DNA from: a bacterium
GTDB lineage: Bacteria; UBA8248; JACPRG01; G963555815
Assembly (NCBI GenBank): GCA_965261595.1
Contig: CBDHDG010000006.1
Location: 384,001-448,000 of the forward strand
DNA length: 64,000 bases
Direction: 5' to 3'
Positions 40,677-50,837 of this stretch are shown in pieces. How positions within the stretch are numbered: the first letter of the stretch is position 1; each line of letters starts with the position of its first letter. The notes under the pieces were generated by a model, which was not told the DNA's origin, did not search any database, and was given only the letters and a program-made list of their open reading frames with translations. The position numbers and the translations under genes are program-made.

Positions 40677-41660
40677 CTATCTCAGACCCAGGATCTTCGC
40701 CGGATTCGTGATGATCATCGTCCGGATGTCCTTCTCCGGGATCCCCTTCTCGTATAGGCACTGGCAGAAGACGCGGAGACCCTCGTTCGGCAGGGGGTTG
40801 TGGCGCTGGCCGAGGTCGCTCATGAGAATGCTGTTCCGCGCGCCGACCTCGCGGATGGCCGCCGCCATCCGGTCGATGCTCGCGTACCCCCACATCGGCG
40901 ACACCGTGCAGTATCCCCATTCCGCCATCGCCCCCAGCTTGACCATCTCTTTCGTGAAAGCCACGTCCGCGCCGGGCACCTTGAAAAATGGGTGCGTGAA
41001 GAGCATCTTCTTCACGCCCATCTCCTTTGCCCCTTTGAAGAGGATCCGAATCTCTTTCGGGTGAAGGTGGCAGGAGGCGAGGGCCACATCGTACTGGGCG
41101 ACGACCGAGAGAACATCCAGGGCCTCCGGCTTCAGCTTCCCCTTCTCGTTCACGGGGGAGATCCCTCCGTAGCCGCCCTTCACCACCCCCAGCCCTGTTG
41201 ATACAACGGTTCTGGAAACGGGCTTCCCCCCCTTGCCCCCCGCCGGCTTATCGCCGGAGGTCTTCTTCCCGGTCAGCCCGCCCTTCTGGACGTCGTATTT
41301 GCCTCGGGAGCCGTGGGCGACCGCGTGGTTCTCGGCGTCAATGGTGGGCATCCAGACGATCTTTCCACCCGTCTTGCAGGCCGCCTCGGCCGCGCCGGCG
41401 TTGAGGCCCCCGACGTAAAAATTGAGAACGATGCCGCCGTACACCTCGATCCCCCCCAGGGTCCGGGTGACTGTCTGGGCGCGCGAGACCGTGCTCTCGT
41501 GGTGACACTTGATGACAATCCCCCTCATGGACTCGCTCTTCGCGCCTTCGGCCACGCCCCAGTCGTCGGTGAGCCGATCGAACAGGCAGGGATGGGGGTG
41601 CATGTGGATGTCGATGGCGCCTTCAAGCGAGATGAAGTCCTTTGGCTGAAAATCGGACAC
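40677..41660 (-). CDS. DUF6282-like metal-dependent hydrolase (amidohydrolase fold)
   Basis: GAIDIHMH, VIKCH, GGIVLN--VGG-N, VWMPT, THP, SDLGQ, NPAKILG. Confidence 0.75.
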   Translation of the reverse strand: MSDFQPKDFISLEGAIDIHMHPHPCLFDRLTDDWGVAEGAKSESMRGIVIKCHHESTVSRAQTVTRTLGGIEVYGGIVLNFYVGGLNAGAAEAACKTGGKIVWMPTIDAENHAVAHGSRGKYDVQKGGLTGKKTSGDKPAGGKGGKPVSRTVVSTGLGVVKGGYGGISPVNEKGKLKPEALDVLSVVAQYDVALASCHLHPKEIRILFKGAKEMGVKKMLFTHPFFKVPGADVAFTKEMVKLGAMAEWGYCTVSPMWGYASIDRMAAAIREVGARNSILMSDLGQRHNPLPNEGLRVFCQCLYEKGIPEKDIRTMIITNPAKILGLR

Positions 41661-41746
41661 TATCCGGCTCCTTTCCGGTGGGCGGGCGGTTGCACGCAAG
41701 TGGACCGCCCCTGGGTTATTGGACACTCGGGTGAGGGTATTCGACC

Positions 41747-42655
41747 TCATGCGGCCTCCGCAACTTGAGCGAGTTTTTCCTGCCTTGCCTGGGCCGGCGT
41801 TCGGTAGCCGTAGCCCTCGAGAATCCAATGATGGTTGTACAGGTTCTTGAACTCAAGCAGCGCCCACCGCAGTTCCTCTACGGTGGCGAAAGAGCGCACC
41901 CACAGGAGATTCTCCTTCAAGATGCGGATGAACCACTCACAGTAGCCATTTCCCTCGGGCGCCCGCACGAAGCTGGGCGAACTGGTCATGCCCAGGTAGG
42001 CGATCTCCCGCTGAAAGTCATCGGACAGATAGGCGGGGCCGTGGTCGTGACGAACTTTAAGCCCCTCGGCGACGTCCGCCTCCAAGCCGGCGAAGCGCTC
42101 GGCGACCCCCTGCCGGATCGGCTCCAGGGCCTCGAAGCGGTTGCCGCTCTTGGCCGCATGGATCCCCACGCAGTCCACCGAACAGTGATCCACCGCCACG
42201 AACACCGAGGCCATCCCCTCCTCGGTGGTCACCGTCGTCGTCATGTCCGTGCCCCACATTCGGTCGGGCCGCTCGGTGCGGATGGTCCCGTTGTGGGCCT
42301 TGGGACCTCGGGGTTTGCCCACCCGGTGGGGGGCCTGAAGCCCCGCCTCCCGCATCAGGCGACGCACCCGCTCCTTGCTGGTGCGGATGCCCGCGAAGCG
42401 CAGCCTCGCCCACACCTTGCGGTAGCCCTCGCCATGGAAGGGAGAGTCCTCCAGGACCTGCCGGATGTGGCCGAGGAGTTCCGCATCGGTGCACGGGCCC
42501 ACAGGGCCGCGCTTATTGGGCGTGGGGCGTTCATGAACGGGGACCGCCTCTCGCCGCCGTTGCGCGTAGACCGTGGAGCGCGCCAAGCCCCAAAGGGCGC
42601 ACACCCGCTTCAGGCCGTAGGCTCTGCCCGTGGAGGTGAAGCGGGCCTGACTCAT
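41747..42655 (-). CDS. IS3 transposase OrfB (DDE)
   Basis: GYRKVWARL, WGTDMT, RHDHG, GNG-CE. Confidence 0.92.
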   Translation of the reverse strand: MSQARFTSTGRAYGLKRVCALWGLARSTVYAQRRREAVPVHERPTPNKRGPVGPCTDAELLGHIRQVLEDSPFHGEGYRKVWARLRFAGIRTSKERVRRLMREAGLQAPHRVGKPRGPKAHNGTIRTERPDRMWGTDMTTTVTTEEGMASVFVAVDHCSVDCVGIHAAKSGNRFEALEPIRQGVAERFAGLEADVAEGLKVRHDHGPAYLSDDFQREIAYLGMTSSPSFVRAPEGNGYCEWFIRILKENLLWVRSFATVEELRWALLEFKNLYNHHWILEGYGYRTPAQARQEKLAQVAEAA

Positions 42656-43038
42656 CGCCTCCACCTCCTGCCGGCTAAAGGGCGGCCGGCCTCCAGGCGG
42701 TCGATCTTCTCCCGCAGGACCTCGCCCTCCATCGTGAGTTCGCCCACCTTGGCCTTGAGCCGGGCGTTCTCCTCGTCCCGCTCATCCGCCGGGCGGGCTT
42801 TGAGCGCCGCCTCGCCCCCGCGAAGGAACGCCTCGCGCCAGGCGGAAAGCCGAGCCGCTGTCGTGCCCAACTCGCGGCAGAGCGTCTCCAGGCTCTCGCC
42901 CCGCAAAAGACGCAGGACCGCCTCCCGCTTGCGCTGGCAGGAGAACCGACCCCGCTCACTGCGATGCCCTGGGGCCTTGGCTCCGTTCGCCCTACGGGCG
43001 CCCTCCGCCAAAGCCCCCTCTTGCTTTTGTTCGTTCAT
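42652..43038 (-). CDS. IS3 OrfA (HTH)
   Basis: RFS--RK-EAVLRLLRGE, L--WR--F, LKAKVGEL-M. Confidence 0.9.
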   Translation of the reverse strand: MNEQKQEGALAEGARRANGAKAPGHRSERGRFSCQRKREAVLRLLRGESLETLCRELGTTAARLSAWREAFLRGGEAALKARPADERDEENARLKAKVGELTMEGEVLREKIDRLEAGRPLAGRRWRR

Positions 43039-43190
43039 CGCGACACCCCTTTCTCCATGAATCATGGATCAATCGAGTGTCCAACAAAACCCTAGAGCGG
43101 GGGACAAGATTGAAATCATACAAGGTGTATCGGCTAATTCACATTGTACCGCATGCGGGCGCTCATCCGGACTCCGCCCATCGGATTCAC

Positions 43191-43407
43191 TGCCAGAGGT
43201 CCGTGGTTGACAAGATCCGTCCAACCCGGTTAGAGTCAACGGAGATTCCTGCCGAAAAGAGGGAACGCGGTGGTTCGGTTCAACCGAAGAATCCGCGGCT
43301 GCCCCGCAACTGTAAACGGGAACGAAACCCGCATCCGCCACTGCCCGACCCGGGTGGGAAGGCGCGGGAAGTAGGACGACCCGTGAGCCAGGAGACCTCT
43401 GCTGGCA
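43191..43407 (+). ncRNA. Cobalamin (AdoCbl) riboswitch
   Basis: AGGGAA-CGCGGTG, AATCCGCGGCTGCCCCGCAACTGTAA, GCCACTG...GGGAAGG, B12 box GAGCCAGGAGACCT; P1 CAGAGGT/ACCTCTG; BtuF-like gene downstream. Confidence 0.95.
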
Positions 43408-43452
43408 TGGCCTGCGATGAATCCTTCCGAGGGGAAGGGGCAGGACGTGACC

Positions 43453-43998
43453 ATGGTTTCACCCACCAAAATCCCATTCGGCGGAGCCGGCTCCCTAGTC
43501 GGCCGCTCCCGGCAGTTGTTCATCCTGCCGCCGGTCGCGCTTTTTCCGCTTCTCCTCGCCTTCCAGCTTCAACGCTCGATCCGCTCGCTTCCGCCCGTCT
43601 GTCCCGCGTCCGATTCGAAGCCGGCCCGGATCGTCAGCCTCACGCTGGGAACGGATGAGATCCTCCTCGATCTCGTGAACCCCCGGCGCATCCGGGCCCT
43701 GACCTACATCTCCGTTCTCCCCGATTATTCCAACATCGTCGAGCGGGCGCGCGCGGTCTCCCGACACACGGCCGGAAGCGTCGAGGAGATCATCCGCCTC
43801 CGCCCCGACTTCATCCTGGCGTCATCCATCAACAACGCGGAGAAACTTGAATCTCTTCAGGCGTTGGGCTGCCGGGTGCTCACCGTCTCGGGCTTCGAAT
43901 CCATCGCGGGGGTCCGCCGGAACGTGATGAAAGTCGCCGCCGCCCTCGGCGAGACCGTCCCGGGGGGAACCTGGATGGAATTCGGCCGCCGGAAGTAG
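43453..43998 (+). pseudogene. Truncated BtuF-like (helical-backbone) ABC substrate-binding protein, N-terminal lobe only
   Basis: P-RIVSL---TDEIL, SVEEII-L-PD; stops after about 180 aa. Confidence 0.7.
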
Positions 43999-44055
43999 GG
44001 ACGGGGACGCGCGGATCCGGAACGGCGTTCAAAGGGGAGGAATTCCGGCTCGATC

Positions 44056-45009
44056 ATGCGAAGCCGAACGATGTGGAAGATGCTCGCTGTCTCCGCCGGG
44101 TTCCACGCCCTGGCTATCCCCTGGGCCGCCGGGCGGATGGAGATCCACGCGCCCGGGGCGCCGCGCGCGTCCCGGGTCCGCGTAACCCTGGAGTCGATCC
44201 CCGCCGTCCGCGAAATTCAGGCCGCCCCAAAAACTGAACCGCCCGGTCCCGCGTTTCGCAAAAGACGCGCCCCCCCTCTGTCCCCCCTCCCCCCACCGCC
44301 CCATGTGGTCCAGGCGGTTCGTCCGGCGGCCCGGGCGACCCGGGCGACGCCGGAGCCCGGCCGGCCGAAGGAGTTCCGGCCGCCCGCCCCGGCGCGGCGC
44401 AAGCCAATCCCGCGCGCGATGAAAAGGCCACAGCGCGCTCAGCCGCCGGCCGCGTCCATGTCACTGCCGCCCGACCCTTTGAGGGCGGCCTCGCTGCCTG
44501 AAAGGCCGGCCCGGTGGACGTACGCGTCCCCTCCGGAGCCCCGGCGCCGGGCCGAGCCGCCCGGTCCGGTCCGGAGCGCGGGGGCGTCCGTCCCCCCCCT
44601 TTCTCTCCTCTCCACCCTCCCCCCCCTCAGCATGTCAAAAACCAAGGCCCCTCTCCGTGTCCAACCGGCCGGCGCGGCGACCCTCGAATCGTCCGTCCGG
44701 CGAAGCCTTTCCGGCGCGGGCGTACGCGGGAGAACACCGTTTCGGCTCCGCGCTTTGAGCCGGACGGCGCCCGTCTATCCGGCTGAAGCCCGAAAGAACG
44801 GCGTCGAGGGAACCGTCCTCCTTCGGCTGAAGATCCTTTTGGACGGCCGGGTGGGGAAGGTCGAAGTGACTCGATCCTCCGGCTCCCGGCTTTTGGATCG
44901 GGCCGCGTCCCGATCCGCCTCCTCCTGGCGATTCGCCTTCGACGGCGACCCGCCGCCGTTCGGTGCCTGGGCGAAGATCCCCGTGCGCTTCAAGATCGTC
45001 GGACGCTGA
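44056..45009 (+). CDS. tonB: TonB family energy transducer
   Basis: TM with S---H, Pro-rich linker, P-YP--AR--G-EG-V, SSG---LD-AA, WRF. Confidence 0.85.
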   Translation: MRSRTMWKMLAVSAGFHALAIPWAAGRMEIHAPGAPRASRVRVTLESIPAVREIQAAPKTEPPGPAFRKRRAPPLSPLPPPPHVVQAVRPAARATRATPEPGRPKEFRPPAPARRKPIPRAMKRPQRAQPPAASMSLPPDPLRAASLPERPARWTYASPPEPRRRAEPPGPVRSAGASVPPLSLLSTLPPLSMSKTKAPLRVQPAGAATLESSVRRSLSGAGVRGRTPFRLRALSRTAPVYPAEARKNGVEGTVLLRLKILLDGRVGKVEVTRSSGSRLLDRAASRSASSWRFAFDGDPPPFGAWAKIPVRFKIVGR

Positions 45010-45120
45010 CCGCCGGTTCCCGGCGGACCTTCCCGAAGCCCCGCTCACCCGACCTCGCGGACAGATCATTGCGCGCTGGAACGCCCTGATTCATCGCCGA
45101 CATGATCCAGGTCATACAAC

Positions 45121-45137
45121 TGTTACAAGGCGTAACA
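45121..45137. promoter_or_regulatory. Palindrome TGTTAC-N5-GTAACA; candidate BlaI-type autoregulatory operator
   Basis: Perfect 6-bp inverted repeat 16 nt before the regulator start codon. Confidence 0.5.
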
Positions 45138-45153
45138 CATATTAAGCGGTGTT

Positions 45154-45660
45154 ATGAAACCTAACACCGGACAAGAGAGCCCCAAGACATTTCGCCCCGG
45201 CGCCGAGGGCCTCAAGCGGGTCTTGGGGGATTTGGAGGCGGACATCATGGAATTCGTCTGGAGCGCCGAAGAGTGTCCGCCCGCAAGGGAAGTCAGCGTC
45301 CGGGACGTGATGAACGGCCTGGGGTCCACTCGCGCCCCCGCCTACGCCACGGTCAAAACGGTCATGAACCGGCTCGTTGAGAAAAGTTATCTCATCCGCC
45401 GGAAAGAAGACCGCGCCTATGTCTACCAACCCCCGCTGAATCGGCTGGAGTTCTGGAGAAGGGTGTGCGGAGCGGTTCTCCAGGGTTTGATGGAGGGATT
45501 GGATCGCGGGCTGGTCCTTGCGCATCTGGTCGAGACGGTCACGGAAGAAAACGTGGAGAACCTCGACCGCCTTGCGGCCCTCGTCGAGGCCAAGCGCCGG
45601 GAGTTGCGGCAAGGGATGATTCGGCGGAGCAGGACGGGGGCCGGCACAGGTCTCCGATGA
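45154..45660 (+). CDS. BlaI/MecI/CopY family transcriptional regulator
   Basis: LGDLEADIMEFVW, AY-TV-TVMNRL-EK, RAYVY. Confidence 0.9.
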   Translation: MKPNTGQESPKTFRPGAEGLKRVLGDLEADIMEFVWSAEECPPAREVSVRDVMNGLGSTRAPAYATVKTVMNRLVEKSYLIRRKEDRAYVYQPPLNRLEFWRRVCGAVLQGLMEGLDRGLVLAHLVETVTEENVENLDRLAALVEAKRRELRQGMIRRSRTGAGTGLR

Positions 45661-45763
45661 GGAAAGGGTTCCCGGTGGAGAGAGTGGGCATGGGCCCGGC
45701 CCGGTAGCCCTTTATTTTGGCGCGGATGTGTTACACCGCGCCACAGACAAGGAGGAACAAGCC

Positions 45764-46254
45764 ATGAAAAAGGCGCTTGTGATCGGTTTGGCCGTCGTTC
45801 TCGGCATCGGGCTGATCGGGTACGCCGTCGCGGACCCCGACCACGGGCGGGGACGAGGGATGGGTTACGGACCGGGCTGGATGCAGAAAGGTGGCGGCTA
45901 CGGTCCCGGCTGGATGCACCGCGGTTCCGGCTATGGCCCGGCTGGATGCGGCAAGGACCGGGGCAGGGACGCTCGGGCGGACCCGGCTGGATGCACCGCG
46001 GCCCCGGAGTTGGACTCGGGTTCAACCCATGCGGGCAGCTCCCGGGGAAACCGGCCGGTGAGAAGCTGACAAAGGAGAAGGCCGAGACCCTCGTCAAACG
46101 GCAACTGGCCCGGATCGGAAACCCGAACATCAAACTCAGCGCGGTGAAGGAGGAAGCGACCCGCTTCACGGCCGAGATCGTCACGAAAGAGAACTCCCTG
46201 GTGGACCGTCTCCAAATCGACAAGGAGACCGGTTTCATCCGACCGATCCGCTGA
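45764..46254 (+). CDS. Secreted Gly/Met/His-rich protein with GPGWM repeats; frameshift near 45940
   Basis: Signal peptide and GYGPGWM repeats continue in the frame of ORF 45946..46254, ending in a PepSY-like D--TG segment. Confidence 0.7.
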
Positions 46255-46800
46255 ATGAGAAAGGCCCCGGGGGGGGATGGTTGAGTCATCGCCCCCTGGG
46301 ACTCCCCCCCCCTCCCCTCTCCTCCATCCCCTCCCCCAACACATTCATTGGGCAAAAAAGGCGAGTAACCGCCGACGCGCGCGCCTCCGCGGCGACCCCA
46401 ATCGTGTCTCGATGAAAAATGGAAGCACAACAGGCCGCAATGAAGGGCCGGGTGCATCGCCTCGGCCGGCGACGGTCATGCCGGGATTTTGCGGGTTTGA
46501 CGCTCTGTTGACAATCCCGGTGGAAGGGATTCAAATGGCTTTATGGGTCCATGGCGGTCAGGGAGGGAACGTTCCCGGATTTAAAATGGGAAACTCCCAC
46601 TATCCTGTCTAGTGAAACCGCCTGTTCAGAAATTCCGGGAAGACGGCGGGTCAGAAAACGGGTACCCGCACGGAATCTTCGCACGTCTGAAAACTCGGCG
46701 GGGAAGATCGACGCACCAGAGCTTGCAATGACGAATGAGAAGGAAGTCGAAAAGAGCGATTGAGAATTGCCGGACATTTACATCTCCGGAGAAAGAGGCG

Positions 46801-49170
46801 ATGAGTCTACCGGTAGAGGACGTGAAAGCGCTCAAGTGGGTCGGGAAAAGCGTACCGCGAGAGGACGGGGCTCAAAAGGCGACCGGTCAAGGGGTTTTCG
46901 CCACAGACATACACCTTCCCAGGATGTTGTACGGGAAATATCACCGAAGCAAATTCGCCCACGCGAAAATTCTGAACATCGATCTCTCAAAGGCCCTCAA
47001 AGTTCCAGGCGTGAAGGGCATCATCACGGCGAAGGACTGTCCGAAAGACGAGGCCGGAAATCTTCTGCGATTCGGACCGTATATGCAGGACGGGGTCATC
47101 TTCGCGCACAAAAAGGCCCGCTACATCGGGGAGCCGATTGCGGCCATCGCGGCGGCGGACGAGGACACCGCGGCGGAAGCGGCCGAGTTGATCGACGTCG
47201 ATTACGAGCAGCTCCCGGCGGTCTTTGATCCCATGGAAGCCATGCGTCCCGACGCCCCCATCATCCACGAGGATCTGGAACAATACCTGACCAATCCCGG
47301 CCTGGAGCCCATCCGCTCCGGAAACGTTTTGGCCAAGATCCGCATCCTCAGGGGGGACCCGGAGAAGGCGTTTCAGGAAGCTGATCATGTTATGGAACAA
47401 AAGTTCCGGACCACGACGCATCATCAGGGCTACATGGAGCCTCACGCCGCGCTCGCCCAAGTGGAGGCGGACGGAAAGGTCACGGTTTGGACAAGCACCC
47501 AGTCGGTGTCCACCATCCGGATGCAGCTGTTGCAAACGCTGCTTTTGTCACCCGGCGGGATTCGGGTCATCGCGCCGTTCATCGGCGGGGGGTTCGGCGG
47601 AAAGGTGGATTTGCGCGTAGAGCCGCACGCCATCCTCTTGGCCCGGAAAACGGGCCGGCCGGTGAAACTCGTTCTGACGCGGGAGGAAGAGTTTATCTCC
47701 GGAAATCCCCGGCACCCCTTTTCCGTCGAGTACAAGACCGCCGCCAAGAAGGACGGCCGGATCACCGCCCGACAATTCAATTTCATCGTCGACTCCGGGG
47801 CGTACGCCACCCATGGGCCGGGGGTGACGGAATTCGCCATATTGCACGGTCAAGGCCCCTACGCCATCGCGAATGTCGGCGTGGAGGCGCGGTTGGTCTA
47901 CACCAACAAGCTCCCGTTCGGGGCGTACAGGGGGTACGGCGGCCCCCAGATTCATTACGCGGGTGAATCCCAATTGGACGCGCTCGCGGAAACCCTCGGC
48001 ATGGATCCCGTCGAGCTCCGAATGAAGAACGCCATCACCGGGAAAGACCGCGTGTTGACCGGCCAGCCCGTCCCCCACGCTGCTTTCAAAGAGACGCTTC
48101 GCCGGGCGGCGGAGAGCGCCGGCTGGGATTGGGAAAACAACACGAAGCCCGTTTACAAACCCGGGGATCCCAGGAAAAAGAAGGGGATCGGCGTCGCCTC
48201 GATGCAGCACGTGAGCGCCATTTTCACCTCCGCGGCTCTCATGAAGATGGACATCGGCGGGTCCATCACGATCCTGACGGGCGGGTCGGAGGTGGGCGGA
48301 GGGCAGCGGACCGTCCTGTCGCAAATCGCCGCCGAGGCCTTGGGGGTTCCTCTCGAAAATATCTCCATTGTCATGTCCGACACCCTCACGACGGCCTATG
48401 ACTGGGCGACGGACGCCAGCCGGACCACTTACAATACGGGCAACGCCATCCTGCGCGCCGCGGCCGAGGTCAAAGAGCGTTTCCTGGAAATCGCGGGTGC
48501 GATGCTGGAGGCGGACCCGAAGGACTTGGAGATGGAGGACGGCGAGGTGTACGTCCAAAGCGCCCCCGACCGCAAAGCCACGTACAACGATGTGGTCATG
48601 TTCGGTCTTTACGCCGACGGCGGGGCGATCATGGGGAGGGGGTCCTTCTTTCAAAAGCTCGAATACGACGCCCCCAAAGACCTGAAAATCGAGGGGTGGC
48701 ACGATGCGGGGTTGTACTCGACATTCATTTACGCCACGCAAATCGCCGAGGTGGAGGTGGACACCGAGACCGGCCAAGTGGAAGTCATCGGCCTTCATTC
48801 CGCCCACGACGTCGGCAAGGCCATCAGCAAGGCGGGGTGCGAAGGTCAGATCGAAGGGGCGGCGGCGATCGGGACCGGCTGGCTGTTCTCCGAGGAGATC
48901 ATTTTCGAGGAAGGCGCCGTGACCAACCCGACGCTCCTCGACTACAAGCTCCCCACCAGTCTCGACGCGCCGAAAGTCCGATCCCTTCTCGTGGAAGAGG
49001 CGGACCCTTCGGGTCCGTACGGGGCCAAAGGAATCGGCGAACCGTCGTTGGTTCCGACCGCCGCGGCCGTCGCCAACGCGATTTACGACGCCGTCGGGGT
49101 TCGAATCAACACCATGCCATTCACCGCGGACCGGGTCTTGGCCGCCCTCGAGGCGCGAGACGGCTCATAA
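46801..49170 (+). CDS. Xanthine dehydrogenase-family molybdopterin-binding large subunit
   Basis: GKSVPR-D, IGGGFGGK, AYRGYG-PQ, GQIEG, GAKGIGEP. Confidence 0.93.
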   Translation: MSLPVEDVKALKWVGKSVPREDGAQKATGQGVFATDIHLPRMLYGKYHRSKFAHAKILNIDLSKALKVPGVKGIITAKDCPKDEAGNLLRFGPYMQDGVIFAHKKARYIGEPIAAIAAADEDTAAEAAELIDVDYEQLPAVFDPMEAMRPDAPIIHEDLEQYLTNPGLEPIRSGNVLAKIRILRGDPEKAFQEADHVMEQKFRTTTHHQGYMEPHAALAQVEADGKVTVWTSTQSVSTIRMQLLQTLLLSPGGIRVIAPFIGGGFGGKVDLRVEPHAILLARKTGRPVKLVLTREEEFISGNPRHPFSVEYKTAAKKDGRITARQFNFIVDSGAYATHGPGVTEFAILHGQGPYAIANVGVEARLVYTNKLPFGAYRGYGGPQIHYAGESQLDALAETLGMDPVELRMKNAITGKDRVLTGQPVPHAAFKETLRRAAESAGWDWENNTKPVYKPGDPRKKKGIGVASMQHVSAIFTSAALMKMDIGGSITILTGGSEVGGGQRTVLSQIAAEALGVPLENISIVMSDTLTTAYDWATDASRTTYNTGNAILRAAAEVKERFLEIAGAMLEADPKDLEMEDGEVYVQSAPDRKATYNDVVMFGLYADGGAIMGRGSFFQKLEYDAPKDLKIEGWHDAGLYSTFIYATQIAEVEVDTETGQVEVIGLHSAHDVGKAISKAGCEGQIEGAAAIGTGWLFSEEIIFEEGAVTNPTLLDYKLPTSLDAPKVRSLLVEEADPSGPYGAKGIGEPSLVPTAAAVANAIYDAVGVRINTMPFTADRVLAALEARDGS

Positions 49171-49241
49171 GCTTCGGGGATTCCGCGCTTTCTGAGCGTA
49201 AGATGAAGAACCTTTATTATGCTGGCAAAAAGGAGGGGACC

Positions 49242-50252
49242 ATGAGCACACAGGCATTGTGGAGGCGGGCGTTCGGTTTTGTGTTGGCGGGCGCATTGGT
49301 GATGGGGTGGATGGCCGGCCCCGCGGGGGCGGCCAAGCCGGTCAATAAGATCCGCGTTGCCATCGGCCACAATGGGGCCATTCGGGACATGGGTTGGTAC
49401 GCAAGCGGAAATCAGGGCGCCATGTCGCTGAAAAAAGACCCCGGCGTAGCGGAGGTCACATGGCAGGAGAACATCAAACTCCCCGACCTCGAAGGGGTCA
49501 TGCGGCGATGGGCGGTTGACGGATACGACCTCATCATCGGTCACAGCTTCGAATTCGGCGAGCCCGCCCGGAAGCTGGCACCTCAGTTCCCCAACACCGT
49601 CTTTGCCGTCCCTTACTTCTTCAAACTCAAGGGACATCCCAACCTCGTCACCTACGGGGTCCAGTCCGAGGGTGCGACCTTCATGGCCGGCGCGCTCGCC
49701 GCGCTGATGAGTAAGAGCAAGAAGATCGGCTACATGAGCGGGTTCCCCATTCCCCAAACCATTTCACAGCACAACCTCTTCAAGCGGGGCGCGCGGGCGG
49801 GCGTTCCGGATATCCAGATCCCGAGGGTGTTCGTCGACAGCTGGTCGGATGCCAACAAAACCAAGGAGGCCGCCATCGCCATGATCGACCAGGGAGTGGA
49901 CGTGCTCTATGCGACCCACAGCCCGGGGTTGCTCGGGGGGGTGCTGGCGGCGGAGGAAAAGGGTATCTTCGCCATCGGGAGCTACTTTGACCTCCGTAAG
50001 TTCGCGCCGAAAACCATTCTCACCAGTGTGGAGTTCGTGTGGAGCACCCCCATGAAGCAGATGGTCCTGGACCTCGCGAAGGGGAAGGTCAAGAAGGTTA
50101 ATATGGTCGGTATAGCGGGGGGAGGAGCGAGATTGGCGCCGTTCCACTCCAAGATCCCTTCCGACGTCATCCGAAAGGTCCGCGCCTTCGAGAAAGACAT
50201 CCTCGCCGGCAAGATCAAGGTGCCCTTCGATGGCAACAAGCTGCTCGATTGA
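49242..50252 (+). CDS. BMP family (purine/nucleoside) ABC substrate-binding protein
   Basis: I-D-GW, GYDLIIGHSF-F, AG-LAA-MSKS-KIG, SW-D--K-KEAA. Confidence 0.88.
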   Translation: MSTQALWRRAFGFVLAGALVMGWMAGPAGAAKPVNKIRVAIGHNGAIRDMGWYASGNQGAMSLKKDPGVAEVTWQENIKLPDLEGVMRRWAVDGYDLIIGHSFEFGEPARKLAPQFPNTVFAVPYFFKLKGHPNLVTYGVQSEGATFMAGALAALMSKSKKIGYMSGFPIPQTISQHNLFKRGARAGVPDIQIPRVFVDSWSDANKTKEAAIAMIDQGVDVLYATHSPGLLGGVLAAEEKGIFAIGSYFDLRKFAPKTILTSVEFVWSTPMKQMVLDLAKGKVKKVNMVGIAGGGARLAPFHSKIPSDVIRKVRAFEKDILAGKIKVPFDGNKLLD

Positions 50253-50544
50253 CGCGGCGCTGTTCCAACGCTGACCAAGCGGCATCGGATTGGGCGGGCG
50301 GGTGCGGAATCGCATTCGCCCGCCGCCTCTTTCAACGAATGTCTCACCCCCCCCCCAGCGGGCGCGGGTGTGTCGAAGATTTTGAAGGGGTTCACAGCCG
50401 AACGCGGAGAAGGCGAAGGGGCCGGGTTTTATCTTTTCACCCGGGAAGAGATAGGGGCGTTCAAAGGGGCGCAACAGTAGACGACCTCGAATTTCTCGCC
50501 TTTGAAATCGTCTTAAAGCATTGATAACCCATTGAATTCAAAGG

Positions 50545-50601
50545 GCTCCGGAGGCGGGATTCAAACCCGCACGGGCGCAAGACCCAGGGGATTTTAAGTC
50601 G
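50545..50601 (-). other. Degenerate tRNA-Leu 3'-half copy (distal att site)
   Basis: Matches the tRNA at 54134..54220 from the anticodon loop to the acceptor stem with a few mismatches; 5' half diverged, no CCA. Confidence 0.85.
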
Positions 50602-50837
50602 CCAACAGGTTCATTCCCGCCTTCGGCGTAAACCCTTATGGTTGCAGGTAATTCCTGTTGAATCAATGGGTTACTAGGGTTTCTCTCATTGGGCGACATG
50701 GGGTGGAATGAGGCTGAATTTGTGCCCTTGGGGCATAATTCGGGCACACTCACCTATTGATCTACACCGAATTTACGGGGTCAAACCACCTTCCAATGTT
50801 TCGGCTAGGCCTTTGCGCGATCCGCTACAGGCGCTTG

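Larger units (their letters stand above)
41701..43106 (-). mobile_element. IS3-family insertion sequence 1
   Basis: TG...CA ends with imperfect IRs sharing TTGGACACTCG; orfA/orfB with ATGA overlap; no clean target duplication. Confidence 0.88.

Noticed and set aside
43207..43235. TTGACA-N17-TAGAGT as the riboswitch promoter
   Set aside because: It lies inside the predicted P1/P2 region, so starting there would cut off the P1 5' strand; unresolved without TSS data
7205..45945. Single-base frameshifts (about 7213, 13600-13650, 22240, 24000, 38730, 45940) as programmed frameshifting or phase variation
   Set aside because: They are single-base indels, mostly at short homopolymers, in otherwise intact unrelated genes, with no slippery heptamers seen; long-read consensus error is the simplest explanation
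50545..50627. Second functional tRNA-Leu(TAA)
   Set aside because: The D-arm and 5' anticodon stem do not pair, the T-loop reads TTTGAAT, and CCA is absent; it fits an att remnant
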